From assembly GCA_025839675.1 (NCBI GenBank), contig CP104013.1:2340001-2372000 (forward strand): a DNA stretch of 32,000 nucleotides. Reading direction: 5' to 3'. The position numbers and the translations under genes are program-made. The stretch's first letter is position 1, and each line of letters opens with the position of its first letter. The notes under the pieces are model-generated. The model saw nothing but the letters and a program-made list of their open reading frames with translations. It made no database searches and had not been told where the DNA came from. Positions 23,794-32,000 of the stretch are shown here, piece by piece. This DNA comes from Candidatus Lokiarchaeum ossiferum (GTDB lineage: Archaea > Asgardarchaeota > Lokiarchaeia > Sigyniarchaeales > Promethearchaeaceae).

Positions 23794-26289
23794 ATGAAAA
23801 AAAATCGAATAAAAAACAATGCTACACGAAAATTTGGACTAAAACAAAAACTAATTGTTTACATGCTCATTATGGGAATTGTTCCAGTTCTCGTTGCAAG
23901 TATTACAGGATATATCCAAACATCCAGGGGAGATAATGAAGTTTGGGAGGATAACCTTAAATCCATTGGAAAGACTAAAGCAGAAGAAATTACCACTTGG
24001 TTTGAAGCTCGGGAATCAGATTCCCGTTTTTTGGCAAAAACTCCCACTGTGCATACATATACAGGAGCATTAACTGATGGAGTTGTTGCAGCAGAAGATA
24101 GCACAGCTTTGACCGAAATTATGGAGGTTTTTGAATACGTTCTTGAGGAATATAAAGTTTATAACGAAATTTTCCTATTAGATTTAGACGGAGAAATACA
24201 AGCTCAAAAATCAAATGCAGGGTGGGAAGATGGACATTCCATTGGGGATGATCAAGCAGGAAAAGAATATTTAACAACTTGCATAACGAATAAGGATGTT
24301 GAAAATTATTGTTATCTTTCTGACTTTCGACTTTCAGGAAATGGAGAATATATCCAAATCACTACATCCGCCCCAATCCATGATCCGGATGGCAATTTCG
24401 TTGGCGTACTTGTTTTTTTTATTGACACACATTTTCTTACAGATTTAATGGCAGAAACTACCGGATTAAAGACAACAGGAGAAACCTACTTAGTAAATTA
24501 TGAAGGATATTGGGTCACGGCGAGCAAATTTGACAGTACGGTGGAAGGAGAAGGATGGTATTGCACATCCGATGGAGGAAGTTATTCCGATATTCATGAT
24601 ATTGTTCTGGTGGAACAAATTACCACAGTAGGATTTCAAGCCGCGATAGATGGGGAAACAGATATTTTCGAGAAATCAAACTTGGATTATCGGGGAATTC
24701 CTGTAATGGGTAGCTATACATATTTGGATCTTAACGGAGCGAATCAACCATGGGTCTTAGTGACCGAAATAGATGCTTCTGAAGCTTTAGAGGTTAGTAG
24801 GTCCATGTTGGTTATTACAATCATTGTGATATCTGTTTCAGTCGCACTTATCGGCGTGTTAGCATGGTTTATCGGAGGACGAACAGCCGAGCCAATCAAG
24901 CAATTAGCTGCCACCAGTCAGATTATAGCGAAGGGAAACTATGATGCAGAGGTTGATGTCAAAGCAAATGATGAAGTTAAGGAATTAGTTGAAAATTTTA
25001 CCGTAATGGTGGATAATATCAAGGCTTCTATGCAATATACAGAAAATATCTTAGAAGGACTCCCCGTAGGGGTCATGGCAGTGGATAATGATTTTAATGT
25101 GGAGAAAGTCAATGATGCTTTACTTAATATCACGGGATTTAAGCGTGACATTGTGGGCAAAAAATGCTATGATTACTTCAAAACTGAAGTCTGTAATACG
25201 AAAAATTGCCCTATTGCAATGGCCAAAAGCAAAAAAGGAACAACTGAAATGATTGATATTCCTTCGGGGAATAAAATTATGGAAGTGGGAGGTGCGCCGA
25301 TCTTTAGAGAGGGCAATGAAGTCATTGGAGGAATAGAAGTTATCACCGATGTAACAGCTATACGAGGTTTGGTAAAAAGTGTTCAACAAATTGCTGGGGA
25401 AGTATCCTCGATGTCCTCACAGATCGCAGAATCAAGTAATCAAATTAACTTATCGGTTCAAGAAGTAACTGGGGGAACTCAAGAAGTTGCCAAAGGAGCG
25501 CAGCATCAAACTCAATCGGTGAATCAAATTTCAAATGCAGTGTTGAAGGTTCAAGATGTAAGTAGTAAGATTGTGGAAAATTCCGCCGAACTGGCCCAAC
25601 AAGGCGCGGAAGGACAAAATATGGCTCAAAAAGGCAAAGATTTAACCGATGATTTAGTGATTCAGATCAATGAGATTACCACCGGAGCCGACAAAGTCGC
25701 TACAACTATGGGTTCTTTGGAAGTCAAGAGTAAAGAAATCAATAAAATTGTGGAAGTAATTGCAGGAATTGCCACAGAAACAAATCTTCTAGCATTAAAT
25801 GCAGCCATTGAAGCAGCACGAGCGGGTGATGCGGGCAAAGGGTTTGCGGTGGTGGCTGAACAAGTCCGCAAATTAGCCGAAGATTCGAAACAAGCGGCCG
25901 ATCAAATCAATGATTTAATCAAAGCCATTCAAATAGAAGTAAGTGATGCGGTGTCTGCCACGAATGATACGGTGAAATCCATTGAAAAAGGGGACACCGC
26001 GTTGAACGGTACGAAAGTCCAGCTTGATAAGCTCTTTCAAGTTATTAATCAGACCAACGTGGGTATCAAAAAGACGATCGATCAAGTTTCGGGACAAGAT
26101 CAAGATATCGCAGATATTGTAAATAATGTTGAAAAGATCAATGTAGTGATAGAACAAAGTTCGGGAACCGCTCAAGAATTATCTTCATCTACAGAAGAAA
26201 TGGCTTCAACTTTAGAAGAGATGAGTGCGGCAGCCGAAGAACTCAATGCCGCAGCAGATAAATTGTTTGATGAAATTAAACGAATATAA
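23794..26289 (+). CDS. methyl-accepting chemotaxis protein 1: TM - double-Cache-like sensor - TM - HAMP - Cys-containing PAS - MCP signalling domain
   Basis: GGGGAG Shine-Dalgarno. TM1 [21 protein letters not shown]. Cache-type end [15 protein letters not shown]...[16 protein letters not shown]2, then HAMP ([21 protein letters not shown]...[14 protein letters not shown]). PAS with [17 protein letters not shown]. Hairpin tip [26 protein letters not shown]. Confidence 0.92.
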   Translation: MKKNRIKNNATRKFGLKQKLIVYMLIMGIVPVLVASITGYIQTSRGDNEVWEDNLKSIGKTKAEEITTWFEARESDSRFLAKTPTVHTYTGALTDGVVAAEDSTALTEIMEVFEYVLEEYKVYNEIFLLDLDGEIQAQKSNAGWEDGHSIGDDQAGKEYLTTCITNKDVENYCYLSDFRLSGNGEYIQITTSAPIHDPDGNFVGVLVFFIDTHFLTDLMAETTGLKTTGETYLVNYEGYWVTASKFDSTVEGEGWYCTSDGGSYSDIHDIVLVEQITTVGFQAAIDGETDIFEKSNLDYRGIPVMGSYTYLDLNGANQPWVLVTEIDASEALEVSRSMLVITIIVISVSVALIGVLAWFIGGRTAEPIKQLAATSQIIAKGNYDAEVDVKANDEVKELVENFTVMVDNIKASMQYTENILEGLPVGVMAVDNDFNVEKVNDALLNITGFKRDIVGKKCYDYFKTEVCNTKNCPIAMAKSKKGTTEMIDIPSGNKIMEVGGAPIFREGNEVIGGIEVITDVTAIRGLVKSVQQIAGEVSSMSSQIAESSNQINLSVQEVTGGTQEVAKGAQHQTQSVNQISNAVLKVQDVSSKIVENSAELAQQGAEGQNMAQKGKDLTDDLVIQINEITTGADKVATTMGSLEVKSKEINKIVEVIAGIATETNLLALNAAIEAARAGDAGKGFAVVAEQVRKLAEDSKQAADQINDLIKAIQIEVSDAVSATNDTVKSIEKGDTALNGTKVQLDKLFQVINQTNVGIKKTIDQVSGQDQDIADIVNNVEKINVVIEQSSGTAQELSSSTEEMASTLEEMSAAAEELNAAADKLFDEIKRI

Positions 26290-26299
26290 TTTTTTTTTT
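26290..26299 (+). terminator. T10 run immediately after the MCP-1 stop (candidate archaeal terminator)
   Basis: TAA at 26287-26289 is followed by TTTTTTTTTT. Confidence 0.4.
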
Positions 26300-26708
26300 C
26301 TGTTATGAAAATTATTTATTCTTATTTACAACATCATAAATTTCAATTGGATTAAAGAAAAAATGCACAGATTCAGGAAAAAGAAGCTTAAAAGACAAAT
26401 TGATCGCTAGTAGAGAGAAAAGAACATATATGAATAATTTACGTTTGTCAATTTTATTTTTGCACCAGTTAGAACGGCAAATCTTACAGAAATATTGTTA
26501 TTTACCATATACCAGCATTCTACAGTAGATATGCCGCGAGAATCAAAGTAGTAATACACCTTAATTTTTTTTTAAAATTTTTGTGAACTGAAGCACATTT
26601 TGAAGTAGAATAATAGACTAAGTAATCAACGCGCAAATCGAAAAAAAAGAATAAAATATATATTTCTCGATTCAAACCTTAAATGTTTATTGAATTACTA
26701 TAATATCT

Positions 26709-26736
26709 ATTGAAAAATTTCCAATTCTATTTATAG
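26709..26736 (+). promoter_or_regulatory. conserved promoter-like module with TATA box (TATTTATA 26728-26735) upstream of MCP-2
   Basis: ATTGAAAAATTTCCAATTCTATTTATAG matches 24 of 28 nt with 29647-29674 upstream of MCP-3. It lies about 133 nt before the ATG. Confidence 0.35.
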
Positions 26737-26867
26737 ATGCATTTCTGTAGCTTTCATCACAATTAGTCTCAAAATCGATCATAAGTATCCAATATGAATT
26801 CATAAACTTAAGTTCATTTTGAAAAGAATGAATATCAATAAAAAAGTAAAATAATTAAGGGAATAAC

Positions 26868-29306
26868 ATGGGAAAAAAACTTAATATTAATTTTGGCTTC
26901 AAACAGAAGTTAATTCTTTATATGATCATATTGGGTGTTCTTCCAATCATTGTGGGAAGTATGATCAATTATACCCAATTTTCACAGGAAGTTGAAAGTA
27001 ATTGGGAAAATAATTTAGAAGCAATTGGACAGCAGAAAGCAAGTGTATTCAAGGATTGGACTATGGCTCGGAAAAGTGATGCAGAATTTTTAGCTTCAAC
27101 ATACGTGTTTGAAAAATTTGCACCCATATTAACTGGAGATGAGGCAGGTAACATTACTCTAGCAAAAGCAGAGTTGATGCATGCCATGAATAATATGATA
27201 GAAACTTCTGGATTCTATGAATCAATTTATATTTGTGATACAGATGGAATTGTTGATGCAATATCACTGGCAGAAGGAAATGTTGCTATCTCAGAAGAAG
27301 GTTCAGATGAATCAGCAGAAACTGAAGTATCGTATGTTATTGATAATGCAGCAGTTCCAGGATATGTATTTTTATCCGATTTCCATTCTCAAGATGGGGA
27401 CATTCAACTTGCCGTATCTGCACCGTTACATTGTGAAATGGGGGAATTTGTAGGAATTGTAGTATTTCAAGTGGATTTAACGAGTTTCTCTGACTTAATG
27501 GCCGATTCTCACGGATTGGGTCTTTCAGGAGAGACCTATCTGGTAAATCAACAATTAGAATGGGTATCCCAATCTAAATTTAGTACTGTTGCCTTATTGG
27601 AAGATAAAATTACTCAACCAGGCGCAACCCAAGCTTTAGCTGATAATACAGATGTTATTATTGAAAACGAAGATTATCGTGGAGTTCAAGTCTTCGGAGC
27701 CTATATATACATTGATGCCGTTGCCGATGCCGGATGCTCAATCGCAGGAACGGAGTGGATATTAGTTGCAGAAATTGATAGTACAGGAGAAGCATTAGTA
27801 CCTGTCAAGCAACAATTACTATATACAGTCATTATTATTGCTGTTTCAATTGTTGCCATCGCAGTGATCGCTTGGTTTGTGGGATCGAGTACTGCAAACC
27901 CAATTAAAAATTTAGCAGTAGTGAGCCAAAAAATCGCAAAGGGAGAATATAGTACGGAAATCGATATTAAAGCGAATGATGAAGTCGGTGAATTGGTGGA
28001 AAATTTCTCGGTCATGGTCCAAAATGTGATGTATCAAATGGAATACAATCGGAACATTATTGATTCAACCACCAATCCCTTGCTATTGATAAATGAAGAC
28101 CGAGTGGTCCAAGATGTGAATCAAGCCTATTGTGACTTAACGGGATTTTCGATAGAAGATGTAAAAGGAAAATCGGTTCGAAATATATATGCCCGGGAAG
28201 AGGATTTTATCGGAGTCGGAAACGAACTGAAAAATACGGGGAAAGTAAGTAAATATGAAATGCACCTGCAAAATAAGAAAGCCGAAGAACAAATCATGCT
28301 GTTAGATGATTCAGAGATGAAAGATAAAACGGGAACTTTCATGGGGTATTTGGTTACCTTAAATGATATCACCAATATCAAGATTTTAATACAAGCAGTC
28401 TCTCAAATAGCGGAAGAGGTCTCTTCGATGTCATCACAAATTGCCGAATCGAGTAGTCAAATCAACATGTCGGTGCAAGAAGTCACAGGAGGAACGCAAG
28501 AAGTCGCCCGAGGTGCTCAACATCAGACTCAAAGCGTAAACATAATTTCCGATGCAGTAATGCGCGTACAAGAAGTGAGTAAAAACATAGTGGCGAATTC
28601 CGATGAACTTGCTCAAGATGGTGCCGCGGGTCAAGATATGGCTCAGAAAGGAAAGGATTTGACCGATGACTTAGTCATCCGGATCAACGAAATTACCCAG
28701 GGTGCGAATAAAGTATCCATTGTAATGGGATCTTTAGAAGATAAAAGCAAGGCAATTAATAAAATTGTAGAAGTGATTTCTGGAATAGCTACGGAAACTA
28801 ACTTACTTGCCTTAAATGCAGCCATAGAAGCCGCACGAGCCGGTGATGCAGGAAAAGGGTTTGCAGTGGTTGCAGAACAAGTTCGCAAATTGGCCGAAGA
28901 TTCCAAACAAGCAGCGGATCAAATCAATGATCTGATTAAAGCCATTCAAGTGGAAGTCGTGGATGCTGTTAAAGCCACCGATACCACGGTTGTGGCAATC
29001 AATGAAGGACAAACGGCATTGGATGGCACAAAAGTCCAGCTAGATGCGCTATTCGGAGTAATCAACAAAACAAACGTCGGAATCAAGGAAACCATAGACA
29101 AAGTCACTACCCAAGATGGCCATATTGCCGATATCGTGGATAATGTCGAGAAAATTAACGTTGTGATTGAGCAAAGTTCTGGTACAGCCCAAGAACTGTC
29201 ATCTTCCACCGAAGAAATGGCTTCCACATTAGAAGAAATGAGCGCTGCTGCGGAAGAACTCAATGCCGCAGCCACGAAACTCTTTGATGAAATTAAACGA
29301 TTATAA
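26868..29306 (+). CDS. methyl-accepting chemotaxis protein 2 (same architecture; PAS lacks the Cys motif)
   Basis: Collinear with MCP-1: [45 protein letters not shown]...[16 protein letters not shown] ([26 protein letters not shown]), and a near-identical signalling domain. Confidence 0.92.
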   Translation: MGKKLNINFGFKQKLILYMIILGVLPIIVGSMINYTQFSQEVESNWENNLEAIGQQKASVFKDWTMARKSDAEFLASTYVFEKFAPILTGDEAGNITLAKAELMHAMNNMIETSGFYESIYICDTDGIVDAISLAEGNVAISEEGSDESAETEVSYVIDNAAVPGYVFLSDFHSQDGDIQLAVSAPLHCEMGEFVGIVVFQVDLTSFSDLMADSHGLGLSGETYLVNQQLEWVSQSKFSTVALLEDKITQPGATQALADNTDVIIENEDYRGVQVFGAYIYIDAVADAGCSIAGTEWILVAEIDSTGEALVPVKQQLLYTVIIIAVSIVAIAVIAWFVGSSTANPIKNLAVVSQKIAKGEYSTEIDIKANDEVGELVENFSVMVQNVMYQMEYNRNIIDSTTNPLLLINEDRVVQDVNQAYCDLTGFSIEDVKGKSVRNIYAREEDFIGVGNELKNTGKVSKYEMHLQNKKAEEQIMLLDDSEMKDKTGTFMGYLVTLNDITNIKILIQAVSQIAEEVSSMSSQIAESSSQINMSVQEVTGGTQEVARGAQHQTQSVNIISDAVMRVQEVSKNIVANSDELAQDGAAGQDMAQKGKDLTDDLVIRINEITQGANKVSIVMGSLEDKSKAINKIVEVISGIATETNLLALNAAIEAARAGDAGKGFAVVAEQVRKLAEDSKQAADQINDLIKAIQVEVVDAVKATDTTVVAINEGQTALDGTKVQLDALFGVINKTNVGIKETIDKVTTQDGHIADIVDNVEKINVVIEQSSGTAQELSSSTEEMASTLEEMSAAAEELNAAATKLFDEIKRL

Positions 29307-29323
29307 ATTACTGATTAAAAACC

Positions 29324-29344
29324 TTTTTTTCTTATTCATTTTTT
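29324..29344 (+). terminator. oligo-T runs (T7, then T6) after the MCP-2 stop
   Basis: ACCTTTTTTTCTTATTCATTTTTTC begins 15 nt after the TAA at 29304-29306. Confidence 0.35.
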
Positions 29345-29646
29345 CTTTCCTTATTAAATCCAACATCGGTTATTAAGCGCCAATAAATATCCACACACCA
29401 CAGTTTCAACAGACTATACTGCCCTAATTGGCAGTTGAAGTAATAGAAAAGTCGATGAGAGAATGATTTTCTAAGATTTTTATTAATCCAAATTAGAATT
29501 TTGATTGCTAAAACCAAAAATAATATTCCAAAAATAATATTCCAAAAAAAAGGAACAGAAATACTACACACGTCACAAATTTGTCAAAAAGATCATTGAA
29601 TTAAGAATAGGCGATACAAAAGTAAAAGGGAATAATTAGACGATTC

Positions 29647-29674
29647 ATTGAAATTTTTCCATTTGTATTTATAG
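29647..29674 (+). promoter_or_regulatory. conserved promoter-like module with TATA box (TATTTATA 29666-29673) upstream of MCP-3
   Basis: ATTGAAATTTTTCCATTTGTATTTATAG is the paralogous copy of 26709-26736. It lies about 143 nt before ATG 29816. Confidence 0.35.
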
Positions 29675-29815
29675 TTCCATTTTAAAATAATTTCATACTA
29701 AAATTCTCGAAATATGAATAGAAATGGTAGTTTTGTAACCACTAATTTGAATCTATTTTGAAATTATTTAACATATAATTCAAAATGGTGTTAATTGAAT
29801 AGAAGTGATGAAAGC

Positions 29816-32000
29816 ATGATTAAAAAACTCAAAGTTGGCAAAAATTTTGGTTTTAAACAGAAATTGATTCTCTATATGATTGTACTAGGGATTCTTCCAA
29901 TCATCATAGGAAGTGTAATCAATTATACCCAGTTTTCGCAAGAAGTTGAATCTTCTTGGCTGAATAATTTGGAAGCCATAGGAAAACAAAAATCTGGAGT
30001 GTTCACAACGTGGGCAACAGAAAGAAAAGGGGATGTGGAATTTATTTCCCATACTAATGCATTCCAAACCAATACACCTATAATCACTGGAGTTGCAAGC
30101 AGCGGAGATCAAGTAGCAGCCAAAGCAGAACTCATAAGAATAATGGATGAAATGATAGAAATCTACGGATGTTACAAATCTATGTACATCTTAGATACAG
30201 AGGGACTTATTGTAGCCTTGACTACTGCTGATGGCGTCGAATCGGTGTCGGAAGAAGGGGATGATGAATCTTCTGAGTTTGAAGTATCTTATATCATTGA
30301 CAATAAAGATGTTACAGGATACGTATTTATGTCCGATTTTCATTTACAAGAGGGAGATGTTCAACTCGCAGTTTCTTCTCCAATTTATGATGTATCCGGT
30401 ACTTTTAGTGGAATAATTGTTTTTCAAGTAGATTTGGTGTCATTCAATGCATTAATGCAAGATACAGAAGGATTGGGTGAATCGGGCGAAACCTATGTAG
30501 TAAATAAAGATTTAGAATGGATATCACAATCTAAATTTTCCACCATGAAACTCCTTGAAGACAGTATCACTCAACCAGGAGCCATTTCTGCATTGGAAGA
30601 TAATCTGGATGTCATCATTGAAAATGATGATTATCGTGGTATTCCTGTTTTTGGAGCTTATATCTATATTAATGCTGTTGAAGATGCAGGATGTTCGATT
30701 GCAGGAACCGAATGGATTTTGGTAGCGGAAATTGATAGTAAGGGGGAGGCATTGGTCCCGGTTCAAACTCAACTAATTTCGACATTGATCATAATTGGAG
30801 TATCCATTATTGCAATTGGAATAATTGCTTGGTTTATTGGATCGAGTACAGCAAACCCAATAAAGGAATTAGCCGGTGTGAGTCAAATCATCGCAAAGGG
30901 AAATTATAATACCGAAATCGAGGTAAAAGCCAATGATGAAGTTGGTGAATTGGTGGAAAATTTCTCCGTTATGGTTGGAAATATTCGCCAAAATCAAGAA
31001 TTTGTTCGATTATTGGTTGATTCTTCAGCATCACCTTTAGTCCATTTGGATAAAGATTTAGTAATTCAAGATGTTGGCGAATCTTTCACCGATCTCACGG
31101 GATTTCCACGAACACATTATATCGGAAAACCGGTTTCCGTTTATTTTGAGGATGCAAATGAACTCGATCAAGCCGTTGCACTGTTCAATAAAAATGGAGG
31201 ATTAACCCAATTTGAATTCAAACTAGCAAATAATAAAAACAAATCCATAATTGCCCAAATAACAGCGAAGAAACTAATATCTAAAGCGGGGGAAAATTTA
31301 GGAAATCTTACTACATTAGTTGATGTTACAATTATCAAAGAGTTAATCAAAAATGTGTCACAAATTGCTGAGGAAGTTTCTTCCATGTCATCTCAAATTG
31401 CCGAATCGAGCAGTCAAATCAATATGTCTGTGCAAGAAGTCACAGGAGGAACTCAAGAAGTTGCCCGAGGTGCACAACATCAAACTCAAAGCGTGAATAT
31501 TATTTCCGATGCTGTAATGCGCGTACAAGAAGTAAGTAAAAACATAGTGTCGAATTCAGATGAACTTGCCCAAGATGGTGCCGCAGGTCAAGATATGGCC
31601 CAGAAGGGAAAGGATTTAACCGATGACTTAGTCATCCGGATCAACGAAATTACAACCGGAGCAAATAAAGTATCCATTGTAATGGGATCTCTAGAAGATA
31701 AAAGCAAAGCAATTAATAAAATTGTGGATGTAATTTCTGGAATTGCCACGGAAACCAATTTACTCGCGTTGAATGCAGCCATTGAGGCCGCTCGAGCAGG
31801 AGATGCAGGTAAAGGGTTTGCAGTTGTAGCAGAACAGGTCCGGAAATTAGCTGAAGATTCCAAACAAGCGGCGGATCAAATCAATGATTTGATTAAAGCC
31901 ATTCAAGTGGAAGTGGTAGATGCAGTTAAAGCCACTGATACAACTGTAGTCGCGATCAATGAAGGTCAAACGGCTTTAGATGGCACGAAAGTCCAGTTAG
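29816..32000 (+). CDS. methyl-accepting chemotaxis protein 3, 5' partial view (runs off the right edge; absent from the ORF track because no stop lies in the window)
   Basis: I translated from ATG 29816: [48 protein letters not shown]... It stays open for 728 codons to nt 32000 and is collinear with MCP-2 (Cache, [30 protein letters not shown], signalling domain [26 protein letters not shown]). Confidence 0.88.
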   Translation, partial: MIKKLKVGKNFGFKQKLILYMIVLGILPIIIGSVINYTQFSQEVESSWLNNLEAIGKQKSGVFTTWATERKGDVEFISHTNAFQTNTPIITGVASSGDQVAAKAELIRIMDEMIEIYGCYKSMYILDTEGLIVALTTADGVESVSEEGDDESSEFEVSYIIDNKDVTGYVFMSDFHLQEGDVQLAVSSPIYDVSGTFSGIIVFQVDLVSFNALMQDTEGLGESGETYVVNKDLEWISQSKFSTMKLLEDSITQPGAISALEDNLDVIIENDDYRGIPVFGAYIYINAVEDAGCSIAGTEWILVAEIDSKGEALVPVQTQLISTLIIIGVSIIAIGIIAWFIGSSTANPIKELAGVSQIIAKGNYNTEIEVKANDEVGELVENFSVMVGNIRQNQEFVRLLVDSSASPLVHLDKDLVIQDVGESFTDLTGFPRTHYIGKPVSVYFEDANELDQAVALFNKNGGLTQFEFKLANNKNKSIIAQITAKKLISKAGENLGNLTTLVDVTIIKELIKNVSQIAEEVSSMSSQIAESSSQINMSVQEVTGGTQEVARGAQHQTQSVNIISDAVMRVQEVSKNIVSNSDELAQDGAAGQDMAQKGKDLTDDLVIRINEITTGANKVSIVMGSLEDKSKAINKIVDVISGIATETNLLALNAAIEAARAGDAGKGFAVVAEQVRKLAEDSKQAADQINDLIKAIQVEVVDAVKATDTTVVAINEGQTALDGTKVQL

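Noticed and set aside
25662-25871. Antisense ORFs conserved in all three MCP genes (25662-25871, 28643-28906, 31588-31863), with similar A/S/T/P-rich peptides (…[21 protein letters not shown]…)
   Set aside because: They lie opposite the most conserved Ala/Glu/Gln-rich coiled-coil codons, whose reverse complements rarely give stops. Their conservation is inherited from the sense strand. They are low-complexity, with no independent start or RBS signals.
29332-29571. 79-aa minus-strand ORF in the MCP-2/MCP-3 spacer, with a hydrophobic N-terminus and an internal 14-nt tandem duplication (ATAATATTCCAAAA x2 at ~29520-29547)
   Set aside because: It has a non-ATG start, no RBS, AT-rich low-complexity coding and no counterpart in the homologous spacers. 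It might be real but is unsupported.
23794-32000. The triplicated ~3 kb unit was considered as an assembly duplication or a mobile/recently amplified element
   Set aside because: The copies differ heavily at synonymous sites (29/75 codons in the best-conserved segment) and in their sensor domains. There are no terminal repeats and no transposase or integrase.

Overview
AT-rich (about one third GC by eye), gene-dense archaeal chromosome segment. Archaeal core genes are present: exosome cap subunit Csl4, RNA polymerase subunit Rpo11/L, a METTL5-like RNA methyltransferase, DUF99 and enolase. Together with a Ras-superfamily small GTPase, a Hanks-type kinase and the low GC, they suggest an Asgard (Loki-like) archaeon; this is inference and needs a database search. 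Layout: (i) 0-8.7 kb holds mixed accessory enzymes: alpha/beta hydrolase, YkgJ-type Cys-rich protein, secreted gingipain-like C25 peptidase, SixA-like phosphatase, GNAT, a poly-acidic protein and a C45 Ntn-hydrolase. (ii) 8.8-18.3 kb holds four co-directional genes: a Ser/Thr kinase fused to a PPP-phosphatase-like domain with all catalytic motifs degenerate, a 2065-aa surface protein (2 PPC-like domains, 13 FN3-like repeats, a lectin-like domain, 3 Ig-like repeats, a PGF-CTERM-like anchor), a small GTPase, and a 54-codon zinc-finger-like ORF absent from the ORF track. (iii) 18.4-23.0 kb holds a minus-strand RNA-processing/transcription operon (Csl4, 78-aa unknown, Rpo11 with acidic N-terminal tail, mini-RNase-III-like, DUF99), a divergent RNA methyltransferase, and enolase. 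(iv) 23.8-32.0 kb holds three tandem methyl-accepting chemotaxis protein (MCP) paralogs (Cache-TM-HAMP-PAS-signalling domain). The third runs off the window, so it is missing from the ORF track. Each follows a 0.5-0.77 kb non-coding spacer. I saw no rRNA, tRNA, CRISPR array, transposase or integrase. The most unusual items are the kinase-pseudophosphatase fusion, the giant repeat adhesin, the eukaryote-like touches (GTPase, AC19-like Rpo11 tail), the MCP array with synonymous-only divergence, and an isolated canonical G-quadruplex motif in an intergenic region.
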